From positions 1 through 64,000 of the forward strand of contig JBFWRP010000017.1 of the NCBI GenBank assembly GCA_050248855.1: 64,000 nt of DNA. The letters run 5' to 3'. The position numbers and the translations under genes are program-made. Below the pieces are notes generated by a model, which had not been told where the DNA came from, searched no databases, and saw only the letters and a program-made list of their open reading frames with translations. Shown here in pieces: positions 1-9,709 of this stretch. Every line of letters starts with the position of its first letter. Within the stretch, counting starts at the first letter, position 1. This DNA comes from Planctomycetota bacterium. Its GTDB lineage: Bacteria > Planctomycetota > PLA2 > JAEUHO01.

Positions 1-952
1 TTGCGGTCGGGTGCGGACAAGGTGGCGGCCGTGACGGGGCCGTCCGACGTGTCGATGGCCAGATGCGAGGGGCAGTCCTCGTGGATGCACTGCTCCTTGA
101 GCTGGATCCGGTACGGACGTCGGCCCGGGCCGGCCTGTCCTCCCGCGATATGGCGCTCGGCCAGGATCTTCATGGCCTGGGCGTCGGTCAGAGCCTGAGA
201 AGAAGTCTCAGGCGCGAGCGTCGGCCTGCCTTGGGAGGCCGCGCCAGAAGGCACCTGAGAGGCTGGGCCTGCATTCTTGCTCAGCCTCTCAGCGTCTTGC
301 AGCCGAGCTCCTCGGCCAGGCTCTCCCGGGCCTGTTCCCAGAGGCGCATGGAGACGGCGTCGCGGACGATGCGCACCGGGTAGGTGATCTCGGGCAGGCC
401 CTTGCCCTTGCCGGGCCCGGGCGGCGCGCCGCCGGGCTTGGCGTTGCGGATGGCCTTCTTGAGCCCACGCAGGTTGCTCTCGATCGCGCGTGCGAGCCAC
501 GCCAGCTCGTGGGCAGGCGACACGACCCGGGCGAGCTCGATCAGCTTGCTGAAGCGGATGCCGCCCTGGCGGAACGTGTCGTCGATGGTCGGGTGGTCGC
601 GCAGCATGCGCCCGACGGCCAGCAGCTCGCCGGCCCGACGGGGGTCCATGTCGAGACGGTGCTCGGCGAAGTGGCTCAGGTTGGGGCTGCCCAGCCGTTC
701 CCACCCCCTGCAGTCGGCCAGCTCGACCATGTAGAACGCCATCGCCCGCTCCGCGGTGTCCCCGATCCGCAGGGCCTTGCGCAGCTCGTCCACGATCGCC
801 CCGAGCGGCAGGCCGCTCATCAGACGCAGCGGCGCGACGGTCGGCGCGGGGGCGGCCTGGAAGGCGGGGGCCACCTCCCGCACGCGTGACGCTCCAGCCC
901 CGGGAATCAGGCGCAGGGAGGGGCGGCTAGGCAAGGCCGGGGATGCGTCCAT
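1..952 (-). pseudogene. DUF222-like (HNH-endonuclease-associated) protein, interrupted at ~188-292; 3' end runs off the window
   Basis: N-terminal region (ERAMAFYMVELADCRGWERLG...FSKLIELARV...AWLARA) resembles the DUF222-like N-terminal domain. The ORF stops at 281-283, but GC3-rich coding resumes at 191 in another frame (LTDAQAMKILAERH...). Confidence 0.6.
188..292. mobile_element. 97-bp multi-hairpin insertion flanked by a duplicated TCAG (CTGA on the coding strand)
   Basis: TCAG at 188-191 and 289-292. Three inverted repeats: gcctgaga/tctcaggc, ggcct/aggcc, ctgagaggctg/cagcctctcag. Removing 101 bp restores ...KTLTDAQAMKIL... Confidence 0.55.
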
Positions 953-963
953 GGGTTGCTCCC

Positions 964-1008
964 TGCTCCCGCGAGGGGTCGCGGGAGCATACGAACATAC
1001 CACGAACA
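964..1008 (-). promoter_or_regulatory. Extended -10-like element overlapping a GAAC-N7-GAAC direct repeat, followed by an 11-bp 5'UTR hairpin
   Basis: ACGAACA at 991-997 and 1002-1008. Minus strand reads TGGTATGTT. Perfect stem tgctcccgcga/tcgcgggagca at 964-989. Confidence 0.4.
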
Positions 1009-1063
1009 CGAGGGGACGCCGGTCACGGAGAACGCTGCAAGACCTGGCGCGAAGGCGAGCGGT

Positions 1064-1993
1064 CTAGCGAGCCAGACCCGCGCGCACGATCACGACGCGG
1101 CGCGTGGCAGCACCGCCCTCGGGCGAATTGCCTTCGCCGACGAGCATGGCTGCATGGCCGTCGGCCAGCGTGACCGTGCTGCGCATCTGGCGCACGTGCA
1201 TCTCGGGCACCTGCAGCGTGACGGTGGACGGGCCGGCGGCGACCTGGATCTCGGGGATCGGTCGGTTCACCTCGGCTTCGGTCACGGAGACCTCCAGCGT
1301 GATGGCCTTGTCGTCGGCGGCAACATGGGGACGCAGGTCCACGACCAACCCCTCGTTGAGCGTCCCGATGATCGGGTCGGCGACGCTCACGTCGTTGCTG
1401 ATCTCCACCTCGTAGTCCTGCACATAGGCGATCTGGTTGAGGATGCTGATGTTGGCGCGTTGACCGTCGTACGTTGCCAACCGCGGAGCCGTCACCACGG
1501 TGAGGCCCTTGGCGTGCTTCTTGATCAGCTCGTCCAGCTTGGAGGAGGCTTCCTGGTCGAGCCACAGGGTGGCTCCGTCGGCGGGCTTGCCGAGCGCGAG
1601 GAGCTGGGGCAGCAGCGCAGCATCGACGTCGAGGATGCGCGTGGTCACGTCCACGATCGGCGCATCGGGATCGACGGGCGGAAGCTCGTCCTCGTCGCCC
1701 CCGAGGTCCAGCGGCGTCATCCGCGGCCAGGGCCGGGCGCCCGCTCCACCATCTTCCGCGGCGGCGAAGCGTGCACGCAGCTGCTCGACGAGTGCGCGGG
1801 CCTCGGCGAGGTCCAGCGACGCCACGGCGCGCGCGAGGGCCTCCACGTCGTCCGCGGGCGCGTCGATCACGCGATCGCCCAGCGACGCGACATCGCCGCG
1901 GACCGCGGGCGGATCGCCCGCGAACGCAGGCAGGGCCAGAAGGGCCACGAGGCCGAGGACGGAGAGGATCACGGACGGAACGTGACGGCGCAT
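1064..1993 (-). CDS. Secreted secretin-like (type II/III secretin C-terminal domain) protein
   Basis: Signal peptide; APRLATYDGQRANI...YVQDYEVEI...ADPIIGTLNEGLVVDLRP...STVTLADG matches the secretin-domain pattern. Confidence 0.7.
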   Translation of the reverse strand: MRRHVPSVILSVLGLVALLALPAFAGDPPAVRGDVASLGDRVIDAPADDVEALARAVASLDLAEARALVEQLRARFAAAEDGGAGARPWPRMTPLDLGGDEDELPPVDPDAPIVDVTTRILDVDAALLPQLLALGKPADGATLWLDQEASSKLDELIKKHAKGLTVVTAPRLATYDGQRANISILNQIAYVQDYEVEISNDVSVADPIIGTLNEGLVVDLRPHVAADDKAITLEVSVTEAEVNRPIPEIQVAAGPSTVTLQVPEMHVRQMRSTVTLADGHAAMLVGEGNSPEGGAATRRVVIVRAGLAR

Positions 1994-2073
1994 GGAAGAC
2001 CTCCTCGAAGGCGGGGAGGCCCGAGCCTCGTGGGGAGGCGTAACGGGGCGCTCACGCGCGCGTCACGCTTGGC

Positions 2074-2925
2074 TCACGCGCTGACTCCGTGCTTCGCCTG
2101 CCCGGTGGCCGCGGAGGGCGCGGCGCTGGGCGCAGGCTGCCCGGCTTCCTGCCGCGCCCGCACTTCGTCGGCCGTCCGGGCCGCGGCCCGTCGAAGCCAG
2201 CGCAGGAACAGCCAGATCAAGGCCAGCCCGAGCACGCCGCCGCCGATCTTGATCCACAGTGGCACGTCCTCGACTGCCTTGCGCACCTTCTCGCCCAACA
2301 TGGCGTAGACCAGACAGACAATGACGCCCGCCCACGTCACGGCCAGGGCCGTCGCGCGACGGGAGAGGCCGATGAGCCGTCCCACGATGGAGCCGCCCAG
2401 CGCACCGGAACCGGGCAACGGGCTGATCACGAACATTCCGACGCCGACGGTACTCAGTCGGCGGATCCACGGACGTTCCGTCACCGTGAGCTGTGCGTCC
2501 TCGCGCATCTGGTGCAACGCGGGGCCGATCTTGGGCACTCGCTCGAGCAGATCGAGGTTCCACGTGTAGAAGAAGGCGCTCGCCGCATTGACCCACATCA
2601 CGATCAGGGCGAGGTCCCACGTGCCCAAGGTGAGCCACTCCGCGCCATCGAGTACCGCCTTGCCGAACACGACGGTGGTGCCGAGCCCGAACAAGCTGGC
2701 CGCGCCCGCCCCGATGGCTTGGTGCACGTAGTCCCACCCCTGCAGCCAGAGCACGAGAAGCAGGACGAGCCCCGTCGCCACGATCGGCGTCAGGAGGTAG
2801 ACCAACCGCATCACGATGCGGTGCACCCGGTCCGTGGTGCGGGCCCACCAGCTCCGCACGATGGGCGGGGCGTGGACAGGCGCCGGGAGCGGCGTCTCGG
2901 GGGGGGGCGAGGCAGACGGGGTCAT
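2074..2925 (-). CDS. Small multidrug export-like membrane protein
   Basis: Several TM segments; GMFVISPLPGSGALGGSIVGRLIGL motif. Confidence 0.65.
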   Translation of the reverse strand: MTPSASPPPETPLPAPVHAPPIVRSWWARTTDRVHRIVMRLVYLLTPIVATGLVLLLVLWLQGWDYVHQAIGAGAASLFGLGTTVVFGKAVLDGAEWLTLGTWDLALIVMWVNAASAFFYTWNLDLLERVPKIGPALHQMREDAQLTVTERPWIRRLSTVGVGMFVISPLPGSGALGGSIVGRLIGLSRRATALAVTWAGVIVCLVYAMLGEKVRKAVEDVPLWIKIGGGVLGLALIWLFLRWLRRAAARTADEVRARQEAGQPAPSAAPSAATGQAKHGVSA

Positions 2926-3069
2926 GGAGAGGCCGGAGGACTCGGGAAGGGCGGATCCTACGCGCGGCGGGGGCGCGGGACACCTGCCGCGGCGGCGACT
3001 GCATCTTCGCCCATGCTGGCCCCGGCGCCAGGGGGCCACGCAAGCGCGCCCCGGTACCGTGTCGCGCCG

Positions 3070-4221
3070 ATGAAGACCGTCTTGCTCGTGTTCGGTACGC
3101 GCCCGGAGGCCATCAAGATGGCCCCGGTCGTCGCGGCGCTGCGGGCACGGGCCGAGGAGCTGCGCACCATCGTGGCGGTCACGGGCCAGCACCGCGCGAT
3201 GCTCGACCAGGTCTTGGCAGCGTTCGGTCTGGCCCCCGACATCGATCTCGACCTGATGCGCCCGGGCCAGACGCCCAACGACGTGGCCGCGCGGCTGCTG
3301 GAACGCACGCCTCCCGTGCTGCGCGAGACGGGCGCCGACGTGGTCGTCGTGCAAGGCGACACGACCTCGGCCATGGCCGCCGGCTTGGCCGCGTTCCACG
3401 AACGGGTGCCCGTGGCGCACGTGGAGGCCGGCTTGCGCTCGGGCCGCATGGACAGCCCGTTCCCGGAGGAGATGAACCGCGTCGTGCTGGACAGGCTCTC
3501 GACGTGGCTGTTCCCGCCGACGCAGGCCGCGGACGACGCGCTGGCCGCCGAGGGCGTCGCGCCCGAACAGCGTCTGGTCACGGGCAACACGTCCATCGAC
3601 GCGCTGCTGACCTTGCGCGAGCGGGTCGGCACGATGGACCTCGCCGCGCGCGAGCGCTTCGGCGGATGCGAGCGTCTCGTGCTCGTGACGCTGCACCGTC
3701 GCGAGTCCTTCGGCGCGCCGCTGGCCGGCCTGCTGGCAGCGCTGCAGGAGCTGGCCGGTCGTCACCCCGACGTGGACTTCGTCTACCCCGTGCATCCCAA
3801 CCCCGCCGTGCACGGCCCAGCCCACGCCACGCTGAAGGCCGACAACATCCACTTGACCGAGCCACTCCCCTACCCCGACCTCGTGTGGCTGCTCGACCGC
3901 GCCGAGCTCACGCTCACCGACAGCGGCGGCATCCAAGAGGAGGCTCCGGCGCTGGGCACGCCCGTGCTGATCCTGCGCGACGTCACCGAGCGACCCGAAG
4001 TCGTGAGCGGCGGCGCGGGCCTGCTGCTGGGCACCGACCGCGACACGGTGGTGCGCGCCGCCGACCGCTGGCTGGCCGACCCCTCGACCGCCGCCTCGTT
4101 CCGCCGACCGCGTCTCCTGTTCGGCGATGGGGACGCGGGCACGCGCATCGCCGCGGTGCTCGCGGGCGAGCACCCTGCGCCGTTCGTGGCCCCGTCCGAC
4201 GCCCAGGGAGCCCGCGCGTGA
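3070..4221 (+). CDS. wecB: UDP-N-acetylglucosamine 2-epimerase (non-hydrolysing)
   Basis: FGTRPEAIKMAP, TGQHR, QGDT, HVEAGLRS, PFPEEMNR, TDSGGIQEEAP, TERPE. Confidence 0.95.
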   Translation: MKTVLLVFGTRPEAIKMAPVVAALRARAEELRTIVAVTGQHRAMLDQVLAAFGLAPDIDLDLMRPGQTPNDVAARLLERTPPVLRETGADVVVVQGDTTSAMAAGLAAFHERVPVAHVEAGLRSGRMDSPFPEEMNRVVLDRLSTWLFPPTQAADDALAAEGVAPEQRLVTGNTSIDALLTLRERVGTMDLAARERFGGCERLVLVTLHRRESFGAPLAGLLAALQELAGRHPDVDFVYPVHPNPAVHGPAHATLKADNIHLTEPLPYPDLVWLLDRAELTLTDSGGIQEEAPALGTPVLILRDVTERPEVVSGGAGLLLGTDRDTVVRAADRWLADPSTAASFRRPRLLFGDGDAGTRIAAVLAGEHPAPFVAPSDAQGARA

Positions 4222-5021
4222 TCGGCCAGCGCGTCTGGCTGCTGCTGCCGGCCTTCGACGAGGAGGCCAACCTCGGACCGCTGCTCGAGGACGTGCGCAA
4301 AGTCGCGGCCTCGTGGCCGGCCCCGGCGCCTCGCGTGACGGTGGTCGTCGTGGACGACGGCAGCCGCGATGGCACGCTCGCCGTGGCCCGCGTCCCGCGG
4401 CCGGGGCTCGACGTGACCGTGATCCCGCACGGGGTCAACCAGGGCCTCGGCGCCGCCATGCGCACCGGCATCACCCACGTGCTGGCCCACGGCGCCGACG
4501 ACGACGTGCTCTTCGCCATGGATGCCGACCACACGCACCCGCCCGAGGCGATGCCGCACATGCTCGACCTCGTGCGCGGCGGCGCCGAAATGGTGATCGC
4601 CTCGCGGTTCCAACCCGGTGCGGAGGTCCACGGTCTGGATGCGCTCCGGCGCTTCGTGTCGTGGGCCGCCTCGTGGGTGCTGCGCGTCATGTTCCCGGGC
4701 GCGCGCGACTACACGTGCGGCTACCGCGCCTACCGCCTGGGCCTGGTACGCGACGGCGCCGAGCGCCTGGGGCCCGACTTCCTCAACCAGCGGGGCTTCA
4801 GCATCATGATCGACATCCTCTTGAAGCTGCGCCGCCACGCGCGGCGCATCGAGGAGGTGCCGCTGATCCTGCGCTACGACCGCAAGCAAGGCGCGAGCAA
4901 GATGAAGCTCGTGCGCACGGCGTGGACCACGCTGCGCCTGCTGGGTCGGCGGTTGGTCGGCAACCCGAAGGGGCCGGACGCCCCGCCGCCGCTCGTGGCC
5001 CCTCAGTCGCCTGCCAGCTGA
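4218..5021 (+). CDS. Glycosyltransferase family 2 (polyprenol-phosphate mannosyltransferase-like)
   Basis: VVVDDGSRDGT, NQGLGAA, MDADHTH, IASRF, DYTCGYRAY, SKMK. Confidence 0.9.
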   Translation: MIGQRVWLLLPAFDEEANLGPLLEDVRKVAASWPAPAPRVTVVVVDDGSRDGTLAVARVPRPGLDVTVIPHGVNQGLGAAMRTGITHVLAHGADDDVLFAMDADHTHPPEAMPHMLDLVRGGAEMVIASRFQPGAEVHGLDALRRFVSWAASWVLRVMFPGARDYTCGYRAYRLGLVRDGAERLGPDFLNQRGFSIMIDILLKLRRHARRIEEVPLILRYDRKQGASKMKLVRTAWTTLRLLGRRLVGNPKGPDAPPPLVAPQSPAS

Positions 5022-6289
5022 CGCGCGCGCGCCAGGAACGGCTCGGCGAACCGGCCCCAGCGGGCCCGCTCGGCCTCGGCCGCGGCGCGGCGCTCGGGAT
5101 CCTCGGCCTCCAGGTCGGCGAGCGTGGCGACCAGCGCGGCTTCGCGCTGCGGCCCCAGGATCTCCAAGCGAGCCAGGAACACGCGCCGGCGCGTCCAGGC
5201 CTCGTCGCGCTGCTCGCGCGGCGCGCGGGTGCGCACCTCGAGCGGCAGCTCGCGCTCGATGAACGCCGTGGGCAGCAGGTACAGGAGTCGCGTGCCGTCG
5301 CTGCCGAACCAGCTCTCGGCCCACGTATCGAGCATGGCCGTGGCCTCGTCCACGTAGAGCCCGGCCGCCACGAGCTGCGGCAGCACGGCGCGACGCAGGC
5401 CGGGGAGGACCTCGGCAAGCGGCTCCATGCGTGCTTGGCCGACGAGCTCGGCCGCTTCGCCGATGGAGCTCGTGCGCACCCACGCCGCCCGCCCCGCCTC
5501 GACACGCAAGGCGATGGCGTGCCGCACCGTCTCCGTCGGCGTCGCGTTGGTCAGCTGCGCCTTCACCTGCCACATGCCGGACGCGTCGATGTCGTCGCGC
5601 TCGACCTCTGCGCGCAGCGGAAGCGGGAAGCTGCCCAGCCCGCGATAGAAGAGGCAGCGCTCGAACTCGTCGTCGTGGGACCGGACGCCCGGCAAGCCCT
5701 TGGCCCGACCGGCGCTCAGGTTGCAGACCCGCACGGGGTTGGCCTGGGGCGTACGGCAATGCCGCCAGGGGTCGTCGGCGTCGACGGACGGGTACGGCGC
5801 GTCGGTGCCCGGGGCCAGCACTTCGAGGTCGTTTCGCTCGCCCCAGCGGATGTAGCCACCTTGGAGCGCCGGCGACACGCCCGCGCCGACAGGGTCCACG
5901 GCGCCCTTCGGCGCAAGTCCATCCAGGTTCGCGGCGGACGCCGCGGGATACCACTGCGTGATCAAACCGCGGGGGAAGGCGACGTCGACCCGCACGCGCC
6001 TGGCCGTCGGCGCGTAGAAGTAGATGACCGGCGTCTCCATCTTGGGCGACACGGCCGTCAGGCGCGTGCGATCTCGCAGGTCGTAGACGAAGGACGGCAG
6101 GCCCGTCTCGTCGTGGGCGAGCCCGTCCAGGACGACGCCGTCGCTGCCCTGCACGCTGGTGAGGGTTCCCCATTCGTGCAGCGTCGGCGTGACGCCGTCC
6201 CAGACCTCCTCCTTGGCCTCCGCGGGCACGGTGGCCAGGGCAACCAAGAGCGCGGCCAGGAGAACGCTGCGAAGGGGCGGACAGGTCAT
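5003..6289 (-). CDS. Secreted conserved hypothetical protein (HEWGT motif family)
   Basis: Signal peptide; HEWGTLTSV, KMETPVIYFY, LFYRGLG, GLYVDEATAMLDTW; third gene of the ECF operon. Confidence 0.7.
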   Translation of the reverse strand: MTCPPLRSVLLAALLVALATVPAEAKEEVWDGVTPTLHEWGTLTSVQGSDGVVLDGLAHDETGLPSFVYDLRDRTRLTAVSPKMETPVIYFYAPTARRVRVDVAFPRGLITQWYPAASAANLDGLAPKGAVDPVGAGVSPALQGGYIRWGERNDLEVLAPGTDAPYPSVDADDPWRHCRTPQANPVRVCNLSAGRAKGLPGVRSHDDEFERCLFYRGLGSFPLPLRAEVERDDIDASGMWQVKAQLTNATPTETVRHAIALRVEAGRAAWVRTSSIGEAAELVGQARMEPLAEVLPGLRRAVLPQLVAAGLYVDEATAMLDTWAESWFGSDGTRLLYLLPTAFIERELPLEVRTRAPREQRDEAWTRRRVFLARLEILGPQREAALVATLADLEAEDPERRAAAEAERARWGRFAEPFLARARQLAGD

Positions 6290-6333
6290 CGGGGGCACCT
6301 CTCGACATCTTGGTCGCCGGAGGTCGCGTGCCG

Positions 6334-7314
6334 TTAACGCAGTGCGGCGTCGAACCACTGCTCGAAGGCGGATGCGTCCAGCGCCAGGAGCTCGTCGCGG
6401 CTCGTACCGTCCGGCAGGGGTGCCCACCGCGTGGCCGTGTCCAGGAGGCGCACCCGTAGCTCGCCCTCGGCGTAGGGCATCGCGTGGGCCAGGATGAGCG
6501 CGTCATCCAGGTTCATGGCTTCCGTGACCAGGGCCTCGACCGCCGCGACGTCGTCGTTGCCCTCCTCCAGGGCCGTGAGGGCTGCGTGCATCTCGGGCGA
6601 CACGCCTTCGAAGTGCGGCAGGCCCGGGCCCCGGCCCGCCCGCAGCCGGCACGTGGCGCCCGCCGGCACGTGCACGGCACCGCGAGGTCCCTCGAGCGCG
6701 ACCCATCCCGTGGTCACGTCGAGGCGTCCATTGCCTTGGGCGTCTACGTCCAGCGTGTACGCGCAGCCCATGTCCACGGCGGCCGCCGATGGCGTGTCGA
6801 CCACGAACAGGCGCGGCGGGGCATCCACGATTGCCTCGATGCGGCCTTGGGCCAGCTCCAAGCGGCGCTCGTGCAGCGCGTCCCCCACCAATCGCAGGCG
6901 CGAGCCCGGTCCGAGGTCCAGCCGGCCCAGCGAGGGAACCACGAGGCGTGCCTCGTCCTCGGCGCCGGTGACGAGCCACTCGCCGACGCCCAGACGCCCC
7001 TCCTCGACGTTGCCTCCCGACGTCCGCGTGTAGGCCCAGCCACCGGAGGCGGCTCGCGGTGGCGCGTCGGCCGGTGCCTCGCGGGCGGGGCGCGAGACGA
7101 GCCACACGCCGGCGCCGACCGCAACGAGGACCGTCGCCGCCACGGCCCACACCCAAGGCGGTCGCGGAGCACGCGCCCCCGGCGGCAGGGCCGCGCCGTC
7201 GCCGAGCGGTCCGAGGAGCGCCTCGAGCCGGGCCACGTCGCCCACCGGCGCCGCACGCGGGTCGACAAGGTAGTCGATCGTGGCGTCGTCGAGCAGAGGT
7301 TCGTCGTCGTGCAT
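6334..7314 (-). CDS. FecR-like anti-sigma factor
   Basis: Short N-terminus, one TM, FecR-like LELAQGRI...FVVDTPSAAAVDMGC...VTTGWV; abuts the sigma gene. Confidence 0.8.
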   Translation of the reverse strand: MHDDEPLLDDATIDYLVDPRAAPVGDVARLEALLGPLGDGAALPPGARAPRPPWVWAVAATVLVAVGAGVWLVSRPAREAPADAPPRAASGGWAYTRTSGGNVEEGRLGVGEWLVTGAEDEARLVVPSLGRLDLGPGSRLRLVGDALHERRLELAQGRIEAIVDAPPRLFVVDTPSAAAVDMGCAYTLDVDAQGNGRLDVTTGWVALEGPRGAVHVPAGATCRLRAGRGPGLPHFEGVSPEMHAALTALEEGNDDVAAVEALVTEAMNLDDALILAHAMPYAEGELRVRLLDTATRWAPLPDGTSRDELLALDASAFEQWFDAALR

Positions 7315-7865
7315 CACGGTTCTCCCAACAGGGCACGCAGGCGCGCGAAGCCGCGGCACAAGTTGACGCGCACCGAGCCAGGCGTGAGGCCCAGCCGCTC
7401 GGCGATCGCCGGTCCGTCCAGGCCGCCGATCAGGCGCAGGGCCAGCGTCTCGCGGTAGGCCGGTGGCAGCTGACGGAGAGCCGCCAAGGCCTCGCTCACT
7501 TCGGCGCGCGGCGCGTCGAGCACGGGGACGTCCGGCGGGGGGACCGCGACCACATGCGCCCGGCGTCGCCCGCGGCGCCTCAGGGCATCGGTGGCGCGGT
7601 GGCGCGCGATCCGCATCAGCCACGCCCCGAACGCACCGGGCTCGCGCAGGGTCGCGAGACTTCCGAGGGCGGCGACGAACACATCCTGGTGCAGGTCCTC
7701 GATCTCGGTGCGGGGTGCACACGCGAGAAGCAACGCCCGGACGGGCCGCGCGTGCCGTGTGTAGAGCCGCGCCCATGCCTCCCGGTCACCGCGCGCGGCG
7801 GCCTGCACGAGCTCCGTGTCCGGAGACTCGGGCGTGACGCGTCGGGGCTTCACGTGGGTCTCCAT
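7314..7865 (-). CDS. ECF RNA polymerase sigma-70 factor
   Basis: GDREAWARLY, EDLHQDVF, FGAWLMRIARH, LPPAYRETLAL, IAERLGLTPGSVRVNL. Confidence 0.92.
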   Translation of the reverse strand: METHVKPRRVTPESPDTELVQAAARGDREAWARLYTRHARPVRALLLACAPRTEIEDLHQDVFVAALGSLATLREPGAFGAWLMRIARHRATDALRRRGRRRAHVVAVPPPDVPVLDAPRAEVSEALAALRQLPPAYRETLALRLIGGLDGPAIAERLGLTPGSVRVNLCRGFARLRALLGEP

Positions 7866-7886
7866 GGCGGTGCGTCCACGGGTCAG

Positions 7887-7912
7887 GACGCTCCGCGGCG
7901 CCGACCGTTAGC
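7887..7912 (-). promoter_or_regulatory. Candidate ECF promoter GCTAAC-N16-CGTC
   Basis: Typical AAC/CGTC ECF arrangement just upstream of the ECF sigma gene. Confidence 0.55.
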
Positions 7913-7947
7913 GCCGGTCCGCGCACGCGGATCGTACGCTCTCCCCC

Positions 7948-8943
7948 ATGGCCTCCTCCTGGGACCAAGCCGCCAAGGGCTTTCGGGCCGAGCTGGCCGC
8001 GTCGATCGACACCGACGCGGTGCGGGCGCTGCATCGCCTGAGCCCGGGACGCCACCTGCTGGTGGCCCTCAGGCAGGTCCTCGTGCTGGCCGCCGCCGTC
8101 ACGGCCTATCTGCTCTGGGGCCATCATCTGCCCGTGGCGATCATCGCCGCGATCGTCATCGGCTTCGTCGTGTTCGGCTTCACGGTGTTGCTGCACGAAG
8201 TGCTGCACGGGCTGGTGACAGGGGCCCGCACGAACCGCGCCGAGCGGATCCTCGCGCACGTCTACGGCGTACCGAGCGGCCTCAGCCCGTCGCAGTTCAC
8301 GCGCTGGCATCTCGACCACCACGATGCGCTCGGCACGTCGGACGCCGATCCCAAGCGCCACTACCTGACGCCGAAGATCGTCAAGCGCCGGGTCAAGCTG
8401 CTCTACCTGACGCCGGCGCTGTTCCCGATCTACTTCCGCGCCGCGCGCCGCGCGGCGGAGGGCTACGAGCCCGGGCTGAAGAGGCGCATCCGCCGCGAGC
8501 GGCGCACGGCGATCGGCTTCCATCTTGCCGTGTTCGCGGGCCTGGGCCTCGGGCTCGGCTGGGTCCACGCGCTGTGGCTGCATGCGATCCCCGCGTTCGT
8601 CGTGTTTCCCGTGGCGTTCACCGTGAACCGCCTCGGCCAGCACTACGACGTCGATCCCGCCGACCCCGCGCACTGGGGCACGCTGCTCGTGCGCTCGCCG
8701 TGGACCTGGGACCTGCTCTACCTGTGGTCCAACTACCACCTCGAGCACCACTACTTCCCCCGCGTGCCCTGCTACCGCCTGCCGGCGCTGCGTCGCGAGC
8801 TGGACCCCTTCTTCCAGGCGCGGGGCATCCGGCCCCGAACCTACGCCGGCCTCCTCGTGGACTGGTTCGTACGCAACAAGGTGCCGCACACGTCCTGGGA
8901 AACCCCCGGAGCCCCGGCCCCCGCACGCCCTGCGCACGGGTAG
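7948..8943 (+). CDS. Fatty acid desaturase family protein
   Basis: His boxes HEVLH, HLDHH, HLEHH; TM segments. Confidence 0.9.
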   Translation: MASSWDQAAKGFRAELAASIDTDAVRALHRLSPGRHLLVALRQVLVLAAAVTAYLLWGHHLPVAIIAAIVIGFVVFGFTVLLHEVLHGLVTGARTNRAERILAHVYGVPSGLSPSQFTRWHLDHHDALGTSDADPKRHYLTPKIVKRRVKLLYLTPALFPIYFRAARRAAEGYEPGLKRRIRRERRTAIGFHLAVFAGLGLGLGWVHALWLHAIPAFVVFPVAFTVNRLGQHYDVDPADPAHWGTLLVRSPWTWDLLYLWSNYHLEHHYFPRVPCYRLPALRRELDPFFQARGIRPRTYAGLLVDWFVRNKVPHTSWETPGAPAPARPAHG

Positions 8944-8954
8944 ACTCCGCGCCG

Positions 8955-9200
8955 ATGCGCGTCCGCGTCCGCTACTTCGCCGATGCCCGCGAGGCCGCGC
9001 GCCGCGACGGGGAGGATCTCGACCTCGCTCGCGGTGCGACCGTCCGGGACGCCGTGGAGGCGCTGGTCCGACGTCACCCGGCGCTTGGCTCCATCGCGCC
9101 GCGGGCCCGCGTGGCGGTGGACGAGCGCTTCGTGGACCTCGACGAGACGCTGGTGGAGAACGCCACGCTCGTCCTCATCCCCCCCGTGGGAGGCGGCTGA
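8955..9200 (+). CDS. moaD: Molybdopterin synthase sulfur carrier subunit
   Basis: VRYFA...LIPPVGGG C-terminal GG; adjacent to moaE. Confidence 0.88.
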   Translation: MRVRVRYFADAREAARRDGEDLDLARGATVRDAVEALVRRHPALGSIAPRARVAVDERFVDLDETLVENATLVLIPPVGGG

Positions 9201-9205
9201 CCCCC

Positions 9206-9709
9206 ATGGCCACCGACCGCCAAGCCCCGCGCCCCGGGGCGCCGGAGACCGCGTTCCTCGTGGTCGAGGGCCCGATCGACGCCGACGCCGTCCGCGCCCG
9301 GGTCGAGCACCCCCACGCGGGCGCCGTCATCGTCTTCCACGGCACCGTGCGCACGCGGACGGCCGAGCGCGAGGTCACGCACCTCGAGTACGAGGCCTAC
9401 GCACCCATGGCCATCAAGCAGCTCGCGGCGCTGGGTGCCGACCTCGTCGCCGAGCATGGCCTGGTCGGCCTTGCGGCCACGCACCGCGTGGGCCGCCTCG
9501 AGCCCGGCGAGGCCGCCGTGGTCGTGGCCGTCTCCGCCCCCCACCGCGCGGCCGCCCTGGCGGCCCTGGACGCCTTTCTCGTGCGGCTCAAGCGCGACGT
9601 GCCCATCTGGAAGAAGGAGCACTTCGAGGGCGGGGCGGTTTGGATCGGGACCCCCGACGATCCGCAAGGGGTCCGTAGCGGCCCGCCGGGTCCGGAGAGC
9701 ACCTCGTGA
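9206..9709 (+). CDS. moaE: Molybdopterin synthase catalytic subunit
   Basis: GAVIVFHGTVR, LEYEAY, HRVGRL, SAPHR, VPIWKKE. Confidence 0.93.
   Translation: MATDRQAPRPGAPETAFLVVEGPIDADAVRARVEHPHAGAVIVFHGTVRTRTAEREVTHLEYEAYAPMAIKQLAALGADLVAEHGLVGLAATHRVGRLEPGEAAVVVAVSAPHRAAALAALDAFLVRLKRDVPIWKKEHFEGGAVWIGTPDDPQGVRSGPPGPESTS

Noticed and set aside
188..292. Hammerhead ribozyme in the insert
   Set aside because: CTGAGA does not match CUGANGA and there is no GAAA core.
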